From Candidatus Deferrimicrobiaceae bacterium (GTDB taxonomy: Bacteria > Desulfobacterota > Deferrimicrobia > Deferrimicrobiales > Deferrimicrobiaceae): a DNA stretch of 64,000 nucleotides. The notes beneath the pieces were generated by a model, which saw only the letters and a program-made list of their open reading frames with translations, did not search any database and was not told where the DNA came from. The DNA lies in NCBI GenBank assembly GCA_963792415.1, contig CAWBVY010000001.1, forward strand, positions 256,001 to 320,000, given 5' to 3'. The position numbers were made by a program, and so were the translations under genes. Numbering within the stretch: position 1 is the stretch's first letter; every line of letters starts with the position of its first letter. Below, in pieces: positions 53,766 through 62,965 of this stretch.

Positions 53766-55109
53766 CTAGAGGAAATCCCCCGCCTCGAGGATCTCCCGGA
53801 CGCGGTACAGGAAGCCGTTTCCCGCCACGCCGTCGATGACGCGGTGGTCGTACGCGCAGCAGAGGAACATCATCGGCCGGATGACGATGGAGTCCTCGCC
53901 GTCCACGTCGATCACCACGGGCCGCTTCACGATCTGCCCCAGCCGGAGGATCCCCACTTGCGGCTGGTTGATGATCGGGGTGCCGAAGAGGTTCCCCTTG
54001 ATCCCCGGGTTCGTGATGCTGAAGGTCCCCCCCGAGAGCTCGTCCGGGGAGATCTTCCCCGACTTGGCCCGCGCGCCGATGTCGTCCACCGCCGCGGAGA
54101 TCTCCTTCAGGGACATCCGGTCCGTGTGCCGCAGCACCGGGACGAGCAGGCCCTTTTCCGTGTCGACCGCGACGGCGATGTGGATATCCTGTTTCAGCAC
54201 CGTGCTCTCTCCGGACACGGTCGCGTTCATGATCGGGGTCTCCCGAAGCGCCTTCGCGGCGGCGTGGATCACGAAGGGAAGGTACGTGAGGTTCACGCCC
54301 TCCTTTTTCGCCCTGGCCCGCACCCCCGCCACCCTGTGCATGTCCACCTCGGCGAAGATGTGGACGTGGGGAGAGGTGGTCTTGCTCCGGACCATGTGCT
54401 CCGCGATCCTCTTCCGGATCGGCGTCCACGGCACGACCTGGTCCCCCCCAGCGGCCGGGGGAGGCGAAACCTTCGGAGCCCGCGACGGCGCGGCCTTGGG
54501 GGGAGTGGCCGGCGCCGGGGCGGCCGCCGCCTTCGGAATGGGTTTGCCCTCCGTAGCCTTGGCGGAGGAGGGAACGGGCTTGCCCCCGGAGGCGAGGTGC
54601 GCCTCCACGTCTTTCCGCGTCACCCGTCCGTCGATGCCGGTCCCCTGGATCTTCGACAGGTCCAGGCCGTGCTCGGCCGCCATCCGGGCCACCACGGGGG
54701 TGATCCGGACCCGTCCGGTCGCCGGGGGCGGCGAAGGCGCGGGGGCGGACGGTTCGACGCGCGGGGGCGCGGGGATCGGCGGCCCCGACGTCCGGGCCAT
54801 GTGGCCGGGGAACCCCTCGGTCTCCTCGTCCCACTTCGGCGCCGCTTCGGGCGCGGGCCGGGCCGCCGCCGGGTCGGTCTCGATCTTCGCCAGCACCGCC
54901 TGGATGGGGACCGTCTCCCCCGGCTTGACCAGGATCTGCGCGATCCGGCCCGCCGACGGCGAGGGGATCTCCGCGTCCACCTTGTCCGTGGAGATCTCGA
55001 GCAGGGGGTGGTCCTTGGCGACCAGCTCCCCGACCTCCACGAGCCACTTCACCACGACCCCTTCCACCACGCTTTCCCCGAGCTGGGGCATCACGACGTC
55101 GATGAGCAT
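53766..55109 (-). CDS. 2-oxoacid dehydrogenase E2 (dihydrolipoamide acyltransferase)
   Basis: Lipoyl domain EISTDKV, E3-binding domain GTGIDGRVTRKD, catalytic DHRVIDG. Confidence 0.93.
   Translation of the reverse strand: MLIDVVMPQLGESVVEGVVVKWLVEVGELVAKDHPLLEISTDKVDAEIPSPSAGRIAQILVKPGETVPIQAVLAKIETDPAAARPAPEAAPKWDEETEGFPGHMARTSGPPIPAPPRVEPSAPAPSPPPATGRVRITPVVARMAAEHGLDLSKIQGTGIDGRVTRKDVEAHLASGGKPVPSSAKATEGKPIPKAAAAPAPATPPKAAPSRAPKVSPPPAAGGDQVVPWTPIRKRIAEHMVRSKTTSPHVHIFAEVDMHRVAGVRARAKKEGVNLTYLPFVIHAAAKALRETPIMNATVSGESTVLKQDIHIAVAVDTEKGLLVPVLRHTDRMSLKEISAAVDDIGARAKSGKISPDELSGGTFSITNPGIKGNLFGTPIINQPQVGILRLGQIVKRPVVIDVDGEDSIVIRPMMFLCCAYDHRVIDGVAGNGFLYRVREILEAGDFL
54546..54572. repeat. Palindromic element inside the E2 linker (encodes PSSAKATEG)
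   Basis: GCCCTCCGTAGCCTTGGCGGAGGAGGG differs by one base from the last unit at 42245-42271. Confidence 0.8.
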
Positions 55110-55128
55110 CGCTGCACGCTCCTTGCGT

Positions 55129-56103
55129 TTAATACGCGGCGAGTTTCCGGATCGCCTCGGTGATCTTCTCCTGGTTCGGCAGGACGTAGTCCTCCATCGC
55201 CGGGGCGAACGGGGTGTGGACGTCCCGCGCCGCCAGCCGCACGACCGGCCCGTCCAGCTCCTCGAAGCAGTCCTGCGCGATCCGCGCGGCGACCTCCCCC
55301 CCGATCCCTCCGTTCAGGCGCGCCTCGTGGACGATCAGGACCTTTCCCGTCTTCCGCACGGAAGCCTTCACCGTCGCCCAGTCGATCGGCAGGAGGGTCC
55401 GCAGGTCGATCACCTCGATGTCCACCTCGGCCGCCATGTCCCGCGCCGCCTTCATCACCGCGTGGACCGGGGAGCCGTAGGTGATGACGGTGAGGTCCCT
55501 CCCCTCCTTGCGCAGCGCCGCCTTCCCGATGGGGACCAGGTACTCCTCCTCGGGGATCTCTTCCTTGATCCGCCGATAGAGGAACTTGTGCTCGAAGTAG
55601 ATCACCGGGTCGTCGTCCCGGATCGCGGACTTGAGCAGCCCCTTCGCGTCGTACGCCGTCGCGGGGGCCACCACCTTGAGGCCGGGGACGTGGCAGAACC
55701 ACGCCTCCGGGTTCTGGGAGTGGTACAGGCCGCCGTGGACGCCGCCGCCCGACGGGCCCCGGATCACGATCGGGCAGGCGGTCTGCCCGCCGTGGCGGTA
55801 GCGGAGCGTCGCGGCCGTGTTCACGATCTGGTCGAAGCCGCAGGAGATGAAGTCGATGAACTGCATCTCGAGGATCGGGCGCATCCCCTGCACCGCGAGT
55901 CCGACGCCGGCCCCGACGATCAGCGACTCGGAGATCGGCATGTCGACCACCCGGTCGGCGCCGTGCTTCTCCTGGAGCCCCGCGGACGCCTTGAAGGCGC
56001 CGCCCATCACCCCGACGTCCTCCCCCATCAGCAGGACGTTCCTGTCCCGCGCCAATTCCTCGTCCATGGCCTGCCGGATCGCCTCGATGTAGGTGACGAG
56101 CAT
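55129..56103 (-). CDS. 2-oxoacid dehydrogenase E1 beta subunit
   Basis: GEDVG..GGAF, DMPISE, EMQF.DF, YHSQ, FEHK, IDLRTL. Confidence 0.93.
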   Translation of the reverse strand: MLVTYIEAIRQAMDEELARDRNVLLMGEDVGVMGGAFKASAGLQEKHGADRVVDMPISESLIVGAGVGLAVQGMRPILEMQFIDFISCGFDQIVNTAATLRYRHGGQTACPIVIRGPSGGGVHGGLYHSQNPEAWFCHVPGLKVVAPATAYDAKGLLKSAIRDDDPVIYFEHKFLYRRIKEEIPEEEYLVPIGKAALRKEGRDLTVITYGSPVHAVMKAARDMAAEVDIEVIDLRTLLPIDWATVKASVRKTGKVLIVHEARLNGGIGGEVAARIAQDCFEELDGPVVRLAARDVHTPFAPAMEDYVLPNQEKITEAIRKLAAY

Positions 56104-56105
56104 GG

Positions 56106-57083
56106 TCAGCGGGCCTCCGTGTCGATCGGCATGGCGTACAGGTCTTCCATCGCCTCGGGTCCCTCCGGAGACGGGCTCGCCTCCGCGAACGCGACCGCCT
56201 CCTCCACGATCCGCGTCACCTCCTCGGTCGTCTCCCTACGGATGGCGTCGATGTCGTACTTCCGCTGCTTGAGATAGTTCTCCCACAGGAAGATCGGGTC
56301 CCGGCTCTCCCACGTGATGACCTCCTCCTCCGACCGGTAGTCCGCCCGGTCGTGCTCGGAGTGCCCGTGGTACCGGTACGTCTTGCACTCGACCAGCGTG
56401 GGGCCGTCCCCCTTGCGCGCCCGGGCGATCGCCTTCCCGGCCGTCTTCATCACCGCGTGGAGGTCGTTCCCGCTCACCACCTCGCCCTTGAAGCCGTATC
56501 CGACGGCCCGGTCCGCGACGTCGTCGACCCCGAACTGCAATTCGTTCGGGGTGGAGTAGGCGTAGAAGTTGTTCTCGCAGACGAAGATCACGGGGAGCTT
56601 GTGCACGCCGGCGAAGTTCATCGCCTCGTGGACGTCCCCCCGGCTGCTCGCCCCCTCCCCGAAGAAGGCGATCGCCACGCGGTCCTCCTTCCGGATCTTG
56701 AACTTGTACGCCATCCCCGCCGCGACCGGCAGGGTCGCCCCCAGCATGGAGGTGGCGCCGAAGATCCCGTTCGCGAGGTCCCCGCCGTGAAGGTAGGAGT
56801 CCTTCCCCTTCGCGAAGCCGTCCCGCCTGCCGAAGATCTGCGCCATCAGCCGCTTCGGGTCGGCCCCCTTGACGAGAAAGGCGCCCAGGTCCCGGTGCAG
56901 CGGGAAGATCCAGTCGTCCCACCGCAGGTCGTGGCAGAATCCCACCGTCACCGCCTCCTGCCCTTTCCCGGAGTAGACCCCGCCCATGAGCTTCCCCTGC
57001 TTGTCCAGCGCGGAGGTCCGGTCCTCGAACTCGCGGATGAGGCGGAGCCAGCGGTACAGCTCCCGGTCTTTCTGCTCGGCCAT
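56106..57083 (-). CDS. 2-oxoacid dehydrogenase E1 alpha subunit
   Basis: GQEA, TPP motif FGEGASSRG...ENN, TYRYHGHSEHD. Confidence 0.93.
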   Translation of the reverse strand: MAEQKDRELYRWLRLIREFEDRTSALDKQGKLMGGVYSGKGQEAVTVGFCHDLRWDDWIFPLHRDLGAFLVKGADPKRLMAQIFGRRDGFAKGKDSYLHGGDLANGIFGATSMLGATLPVAAGMAYKFKIRKEDRVAIAFFGEGASSRGDVHEAMNFAGVHKLPVIFVCENNFYAYSTPNELQFGVDDVADRAVGYGFKGEVVSGNDLHAVMKTAGKAIARARKGDGPTLVECKTYRYHGHSEHDRADYRSEEEVITWESRDPIFLWENYLKQRKYDIDAIRRETTEEVTRIVEEAVAFAEASPSPEGPEAMEDLYAMPIDTEAR

Positions 57084-57102
57084 GGCGTCCTCTCGTGAAA
57101 AG

Positions 57103-58473
57103 TTATAGGTCGATCGCCTCGCCGCCCAGCATGAGCGCCGCCTCCCGGATCGCTTCCGGGAGGGTGGGGTGCGCGTGGACGGTGCGTCCGATCTCGTGGA
57201 ACGTCGCCTCGAGGGAACGGGCGAGGGAGAGCTCCGCGATCATGTCCGGCGCGCCGGCGCCGAGGATGTGGCAGCCGATCACCTCGCCGTACTTCGCCTC
57301 CGCGATCATCTTGACGAACCCCTCGGTGTGCCCGGAGGCGACCGCCTTCCCCAGCGCGGTGAAGGGGAACTTCGACACCTTGCACTCGATCCCGCGCCGC
57401 TTCGCCTCCTCCTCCGACAGGCCGATCGTGGCCACCTCGGGGCGGCAGTAGACGCACGCGGGGATCCGGTCCGGGTCGGGGCGGCGAACGTCCTTCCCCG
57501 CGATCGCCTCGGCCGCGACGACGCCTTCCGCGGACGCCTTGTGGGCGAGCATCATCCCGCCGATCACGTCGCCGATCGCCCAGATCGTGGGGCAGGAGGT
57601 CCGGAGCCGGTCGTCGACCTTGACGAAGCCGCGCTCGATCTCGACCCCGCACGCCTCCAGCCCCAGCCCGGCGGAGAGCACCTTGCGCCCCACGGCGACG
57701 AGGAGCTTCTCGGCGGTCAGGGTCTCCTCCTTGCCGCCGGAGGAAACCGTCAACGTCCGGGTCACCTTGTCGAACCCCTTCGCCGGGGCGGAGGTCAGCA
57801 CCCGGATCCCCTGCTTTCCGAGCGCCTTCTCCAGCTCCTTCGCCACCTCGCGGTCGGTGCGCGGGAGGAGCTGGTCCTCCATCTCGACGATCGTCACGTC
57901 GGCGCCGAACGCCCGGTAGATGTAGGCGAACTCGACCCCCACCGCGCCGCCCCCGAGGACGATCACGGAGCGCGGAAGCGTCTCGAGCGCGAGGGCGTCG
58001 TCGCTGGTCAGGATCACCCGGCCGTCGGGCTCGATCCCCGGCAGCCCCCGCACCGACGTTCCGGAGGCCACGAGGATGTTCCTCGCCGAGAGCTCCTCCT
58101 CCCCCGCCCGGACGGTGGTGGGCGAGAGAACCGTCGCGCCCGCGGGGAAGAGCTCGATCCCGTTCTTCTTGAAGAGGTACGTGACGCCGCGGGACATCCG
58201 GTCCGCCACCTTCCGGCTCCGGCGGACGACGGCGCCGTAGTCCGCGGAAAGCCCCTGGCACCGGATCCCGTACGCCTCGGCGTTGCGCATCTCCTCGTAC
58301 AGCCCCGCGGAGGTGAGGATCGCCTTGGACGGGATGCACCCCCAGTTGACGCACACCCCTCCGGGCTTGTCGCGCTCCGCGACCGCCACGCGCATCCCCA
58401 GCTGGGCGGCGCGGATCGCCGCCACGTAGCCGCCGGGGCCCGCGCCGATCACCACCAGGTCGAAATGCTTCAT
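57103..58473 (-). CDS. lpdA: Dihydrolipoamide dehydrogenase (E3)
   Basis: GAGPGGYVAAIRAAQLG, GGVCVNWGCIPSK, HAHPTLPE. Confidence 0.96.
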   Translation of the reverse strand: MKHFDLVVIGAGPGGYVAAIRAAQLGMRVAVAERDKPGGVCVNWGCIPSKAILTSAGLYEEMRNAEAYGIRCQGLSADYGAVVRRSRKVADRMSRGVTYLFKKNGIELFPAGATVLSPTTVRAGEEELSARNILVASGTSVRGLPGIEPDGRVILTSDDALALETLPRSVIVLGGGAVGVEFAYIYRAFGADVTIVEMEDQLLPRTDREVAKELEKALGKQGIRVLTSAPAKGFDKVTRTLTVSSGGKEETLTAEKLLVAVGRKVLSAGLGLEACGVEIERGFVKVDDRLRTSCPTIWAIGDVIGGMMLAHKASAEGVVAAEAIAGKDVRRPDPDRIPACVYCRPEVATIGLSEEEAKRRGIECKVSKFPFTALGKAVASGHTEGFVKMIAEAKYGEVIGCHILGAGAPDMIAELSLARSLEATFHEIGRTVHAHPTLPEAIREAALMLGGEAIDL

Positions 58474-58489
58474 CGGGAGACCCCTTCCG

Positions 58490-59692
58490 TCATATCGCCG
58501 ACGCCTCGATGCGCCGGACGACCTCGTTCAGGAACCGCGTCGCCTCCCCGCCGTCCACGATACGGTGATCGAAGGAAAGGCTCAAGTACATCATCTCGCG
58601 GGGGACGATCTCCCCGTCGCGGACCACGGGCCGGGTCACGATCTTGTGCGCCGCCAGGATGGCCGCCTCCGGGACGTTGATGACGGGGTAGCTGAACAGC
58701 CCCCCGATCGAACCGACGCTGGAGATCGTGAAGGTGCCGCCGGTCTGATCCCCGGGGGCGAGGGTCCCCTCCCGGGCCGCCGCCGTCAGCCGTTCGATCT
58801 CCCTGGCCAGTTCGATGACCGATTTCGCGTCGGCGTTGCGGACCACCGGGACGACCAGGCCGTCCCCTGCGTCCACGGCCATGCCGACGTCGACCTTCTT
58901 CCTGCGGACGATCTCCTCGCGCTCCTCGTCGAGAGAGGCGTTGAGGGCGGGGTGCCGCAGGAGGGCCCCGGCGACCGCCTTCATGATGAAGGGAAGGATG
59001 GTGATCCGCACCCCTTCCCGTTCGCCGATCTCCCGCACCTTCGCGCGCTCGGCCAGGAGACCCGAGACGTCGGCCTCGTCGACCAGCAGGGCGTGGGGAA
59101 CGCGGGTCTTGGCGGCCACCATCTTCCGCGCGATCAACCGGCGTTTCCCCTTGAGGGGGATCCGCTCCTCGGACGCAGGCCCCGCGGGGGTGCCCGCCGG
59201 CGGCCTGGACCCCGCCGCCCGCCGCACGTCCTCCCCGGTGACCCGTCCGCCGGGACCGGTTCCAGGGACATCTCCCAGCGCCACGCCGAGGTCCTTCGCG
59301 AGCTTGCGGACGACCGGGGTGGCGAGAGCCGCTCCGCCCGCGCCGGCGGCTTTCCCGGAAGGGGACCCCTGTCCCGGTGTTTCCGCTTCGCGCGGGGCGG
59401 GGGCCGGGCGCCCGGACGGCGCCGTGACGGGATGCGCCGCGGCGTCCTGCCCTGCCGCGGGCTCGATGAGGGCGAGGAGCCCGCCCACCTGCACGACCTG
59501 GCCGGGCGCGGCGACGATCTTCGCCACGGTCCCGCTCACCGGCGAGGGGAGTTCCACGTTCGCCTTGTCGGTCAGGACCTCGACGAGCGGGTCGTCCTCC
59601 TTGACCTGGGCGCCTTCCGCCACCAGCCAGCGGACGACTTCCGCCTCCGCGATCCCCTCCCCCACGTCGGGGAGCCTCAGTTCGATCGGCAT
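58490..59692 (-). CDS. Second E2 dihydrolipoamide acyltransferase
   Basis: LPDVGEGIAEAE, EVLTDKA, ATPVVRKLA, SFDHRIVDG. Confidence 0.93.
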   Translation of the reverse strand: MPIELRLPDVGEGIAEAEVVRWLVAEGAQVKEDDPLVEVLTDKANVELPSPVSGTVAKIVAAPGQVVQVGGLLALIEPAAGQDAAAHPVTAPSGRPAPAPREAETPGQGSPSGKAAGAGGAALATPVVRKLAKDLGVALGDVPGTGPGGRVTGEDVRRAAGSRPPAGTPAGPASEERIPLKGKRRLIARKMVAAKTRVPHALLVDEADVSGLLAERAKVREIGEREGVRITILPFIMKAVAGALLRHPALNASLDEEREEIVRRKKVDVGMAVDAGDGLVVPVVRNADAKSVIELAREIERLTAAAREGTLAPGDQTGGTFTISSVGSIGGLFSYPVINVPEAAILAAHKIVTRPVVRDGEIVPREMMYLSLSFDHRIVDGGEATRFLNEVVRRIEASAI

Positions 59693-59911
59693 TTCCAGCG
59701 CAGCCCCTTTCGGATGTGATCGCGCCTACCGGAAATGATATTCCGAAACCTTGATGCCGGGGCGAAGAATCAGGAGGCTTTCTTCACGTCGACCGATAGT
59801 TTCAGGCCAAGCGCGTCGGGCACGCCCCCTGCTGCGCAATTCGGGGCTCCCTTTTTCAGAGAGCATCGGGATCGGCGGCCGACGGATGGAGAAATCTTCT
59901 TCGACGCCGGT

Positions 59912-60694
59912 TCATTTCCCGGCCCCGTGCGACTTGAGGAGCGCGACAACGTCCTCGTGCCCCCATTGCGACGCCACGTCCGACGGCGTCCAGTTGTTCC
60001 GGGCCTTCGCGTCGACATCCGCCCCCTTTTCGATGAGCAGCAGGACCAGGTCTTTCTGGTCGTTCATCGCCGCGGCGTGCAGCGGCGTCATGCCGTCCGG
60101 ATATTTCGCGTCGAAACCCGGCCTTTTTTTCATGAGGAGCCCCGGGACGTCCTTGTGACACCGGCTGGTGCTGGCCGTAACACGCAACGGCGATGCCGCA
60201 TCTTCGGCACGGGCATTTACATCCGCTCCGTGGGCGAGAAGAACCTTTGCAACGCTCGCGTGCCCCCAGAGCGCCGCCACGTGCAGCGGTGTCCAGCCAT
60301 TCCTCGCCTTCGCGTTGACCGCGGCCCCTTTTTCGACGAGAAGCGCGGAAAGAACCCGATGCTCCCCGTTTGCGGCGAAGTGCAGCGGCGTCATCCCGTT
60401 CCCATCCCTCGCGTTGACATCCGCCCCTTGCGACAGGAGCAGTTCGGCGACGTCCCTGTGTCCCCAGATCGCCGCGGCGAGCAGCGGAGTGATCCCGGCT
60501 TCGGACACCGCGTCGACGCCCACTCCCCCCGCGAGGAGACGGCGAACCTCATCCACCTTTCCGGCTTCGGCCGCATCGTGTATCGGGCCGGCATCGGCCG
60601 CGGTCCACGCGAATACCCCGAGGACGATCAGCATCCCCATCCAGCGGCTTCCCCACACGGAAAGACGGGACCCGCGGGGACATCTTCCCGTCAT
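59912..60694 (-). CDS. Exported ankyrin-repeat protein (in frame with the upstream CpXC ORF)
   Basis: Repeated G.TPLH.AA...GADVNA; signal-like LIVLGVFAWTAADA; ATG at 60694 preceded by GGGGG. Confidence 0.8.
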   Translation of the reverse strand: MTGRCPRGSRLSVWGSRWMGMLIVLGVFAWTAADAGPIHDAAEAGKVDEVRRLLAGGVGVDAVSEAGITPLLAAAIWGHRDVAELLLSQGADVNARDGNGMTPLHFAANGEHRVLSALLVEKGAAVNAKARNGWTPLHVAALWGHASVAKVLLAHGADVNARAEDAASPLRVTASTSRCHKDVPGLLMKKRPGFDAKYPDGMTPLHAAAMNDQKDLVLLLIEKGADVDAKARNNWTPSDVASQWGHEDVVALLKSHGAGK

Positions 60695-61552
60695 GGACGT
60701 CCCCCGGACTCCCGGGAGACCCTTCCGGGATCGAGGGAGCGCAGCTTTCTGGAAACCTTCGAGTTTCCCGAGGCCATCGAAAAACGCGCGCCTTTCCGGG
60801 TACCGGGCCGAAAACCGTTTTGCGTCGATTTTCCGGCAGGCCCACGACTCCGCGAAATCGGCGAATCCGTCGTCGACCCCGTCCAAAGGCTCCTTCTCGC
60901 GAATTCCGTTCCACTTCGACGTCAAACGTTTGCCAAGGAATGAGCTGTAGGGGTTGTGGACGTTCACTCCCTGGGCGTAAAGCTTCAGCCACCTGGTTTT
61001 TTCTTCCCGGCTCGACAAAACGACTCCGCGGGTTTCGGGGTACCGCAAGGGCAAGGACACCCGGACTTTCTTCCCGGTAAACACGATGAATCCCGGATCC
61101 GCGTCTTCCCCCATGCCCCACCAGAAGGCGGGATTTTTTTTCATGGATTTCTCTTCGTTGTTTTTCAGATCCCGATCCTCTTTCCACAACAGTTCCAGGA
61201 GACCGTCCCTGCCGAATACGATGTGCTTCGCGTAGGAATCCCGATCCTCCAGAAAATGACAATCCATGAAGGTGTTTTTTTCGAACAGTTCCTCGATCAG
61301 CGCGTCTCTCGCGGGTTCCTCGCCCTTCCCGCATACCCAGACCCATAACCGGTTTTTTTCGTCCCTGTACAGGAAGCGGTTCTCCACGGACAACCGTTCC
61401 CCGCAGGAGGGACAGGGAACCCGGTTGAACTCCCCGGAAAGGATGGCGTCTTTCAGTTCGGGGTCGTGGTCGACAAAAACATATTCGCAAATGTCCCCCC
61501 TGAAGGCCGACCCGCAGCTGCACCGGATGTCGTAGGTTGCTTTCAGCGCCAT
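60695..61552 (-). CDS. CpXC-domain (zinc-ribbon) protein; no stop codon before the ankyrin gene
   Basis: IRCSCG...PELKDAILSGEFNRVPCPSCG...FLYRD. Confidence 0.65.
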
Positions 61553-61625
61553 GCGCGTCTCCCCGGAAAGATGTGCCGGCGGGGCACGGGTGCTTCCGCC
61601 GGCACCTGAAGGATCCTGCCCCTGT

Positions 61626-62837
61626 TCAGGCCTGCTTCGGTATCAGCAGGGTGTTCTTGTCGGCGTACTGCTTCCCGACGAAATATTCCTTGGGGATCAT
61701 CGCGTGAATGCCCAACGCGTAATCCACGAGCTGGGTGACGTGGAGGTCGACCGCCTGGGAGCAGAAGGCGTAGGCTTCCAGCGGGGGCATGCCGTAATGC
61801 TTGTTCAGGAATCCGATCGCCTGGCGCACGGCCATCTGGCACGACTTGTACAGGTCGGTGTGCATCCCCATCATGATCCAGTGGGTGGGGCTGGAGGCCA
61901 TGGGCCAATCGACCAGTTTCTTGAGATCCTTCCTCACGGTAAACCGCAACGTGATGTTCTTGAACGCCCCCTCCAGCGCGTTGAGGTTCACCTCCCCGTG
62001 CCCCTGGGCCAGATGGGCGTCCCCGGTCTTGAACCCGGCCCCCTTGATCCAGACCGGAAGGTACAGCACGGTTCCGGCCACGAGGTCCTTGTTGTCCAGG
62101 TTGCCGCCGTGCCTTCCGGGAGCGACGTTGCTCCACATCCCCTTTTCCGGCAGTTCCACGCCGATCGTTCCGGGGAACGGCTTGATGGGAACCTTGATTC
62201 CCGGCATGAAATCGTACGTCATGTCCCGCCGGTTGACGGCGTACCACCGGACTTTCCCTTCCGGATAGTCGTCCGCGAGAACCCCCAGTTTCATGAACGA
62301 CGTGGTCGGGTTCAGGTTGAAGGCGTAAGGGCCCGGGTCGATATCGAGGATCTCGACCTGCAGCATGTCCCCCGGTTCGGCGTCTTCGATGTAGACCGGG
62401 CCGGTCAGGTGATGGTGGCCGCCGCCCTTCCGGATCTTTTTCGCACCGGTCGTTTCATCCGGGAAGAAGTACGTTTCCGACGTTTTATCGATGACTTCCT
62501 TGTACCACATCATCCAGTCGTTTATGTCGGCCCCGGGGACCATTTTGCCCATCAGGTGCGTCCCGGTTTCCAGGTACACCGTATCGCCCGATTTGATGTT
62601 CAGGACAGGCTTTGTGGAATTGTCCCAGTATCCGTCCGTGGAGGTCATCTCGTTGCAGCCAAGGATATGTACCTTTCCGGTAATATCCATCCTCTTGAGC
62701 TCGACGGCCCGGGCTTTCGGGAGGACCAGGTCGCTCAAGGCAAACGCCGCACCCGTCGCGCCTGCATATTTCAGGAATTTCCGCCGGTCGATCCCTCCCC
62801 CGCCTTTTCCATCCTTCTTTTCGCTCTCGACGCTCAC
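61626..62837 (-). CDS. Acetamidase/formamidase family protein with Tat signal
   Basis: IDRRKFLK twin-arginine motif; HHLTGPVYIEDAEPGD, PFPGTIGV, HGGNLD, GDAHLAQGHGEV. Confidence 0.85.
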   Translation of the reverse strand: MSVESEKKDGKGGGGIDRRKFLKYAGATGAAFALSDLVLPKARAVELKRMDITGKVHILGCNEMTSTDGYWDNSTKPVLNIKSGDTVYLETGTHLMGKMVPGADINDWMMWYKEVIDKTSETYFFPDETTGAKKIRKGGGHHHLTGPVYIEDAEPGDMLQVEILDIDPGPYAFNLNPTTSFMKLGVLADDYPEGKVRWYAVNRRDMTYDFMPGIKVPIKPFPGTIGVELPEKGMWSNVAPGRHGGNLDNKDLVAGTVLYLPVWIKGAGFKTGDAHLAQGHGEVNLNALEGAFKNITLRFTVRKDLKKLVDWPMASSPTHWIMMGMHTDLYKSCQMAVRQAIGFLNKHYGMPPLEAYAFCSQAVDLHVTQLVDYALGIHAMIPKEYFVGKQYADKNTLLIPKQA

Positions 62838-62965
62838 GATGCACCTCCGAATTGTGAATTTCTCGAGGCTTCAGGCCTTGCAGAGACTTTCTTCCGCGGC
62901 TTGCCCCTTCCCTTCACCTCCTTTCTTCTCATGCGCACGCCGCCCAGGTCGGTGAAGTGAACGGG

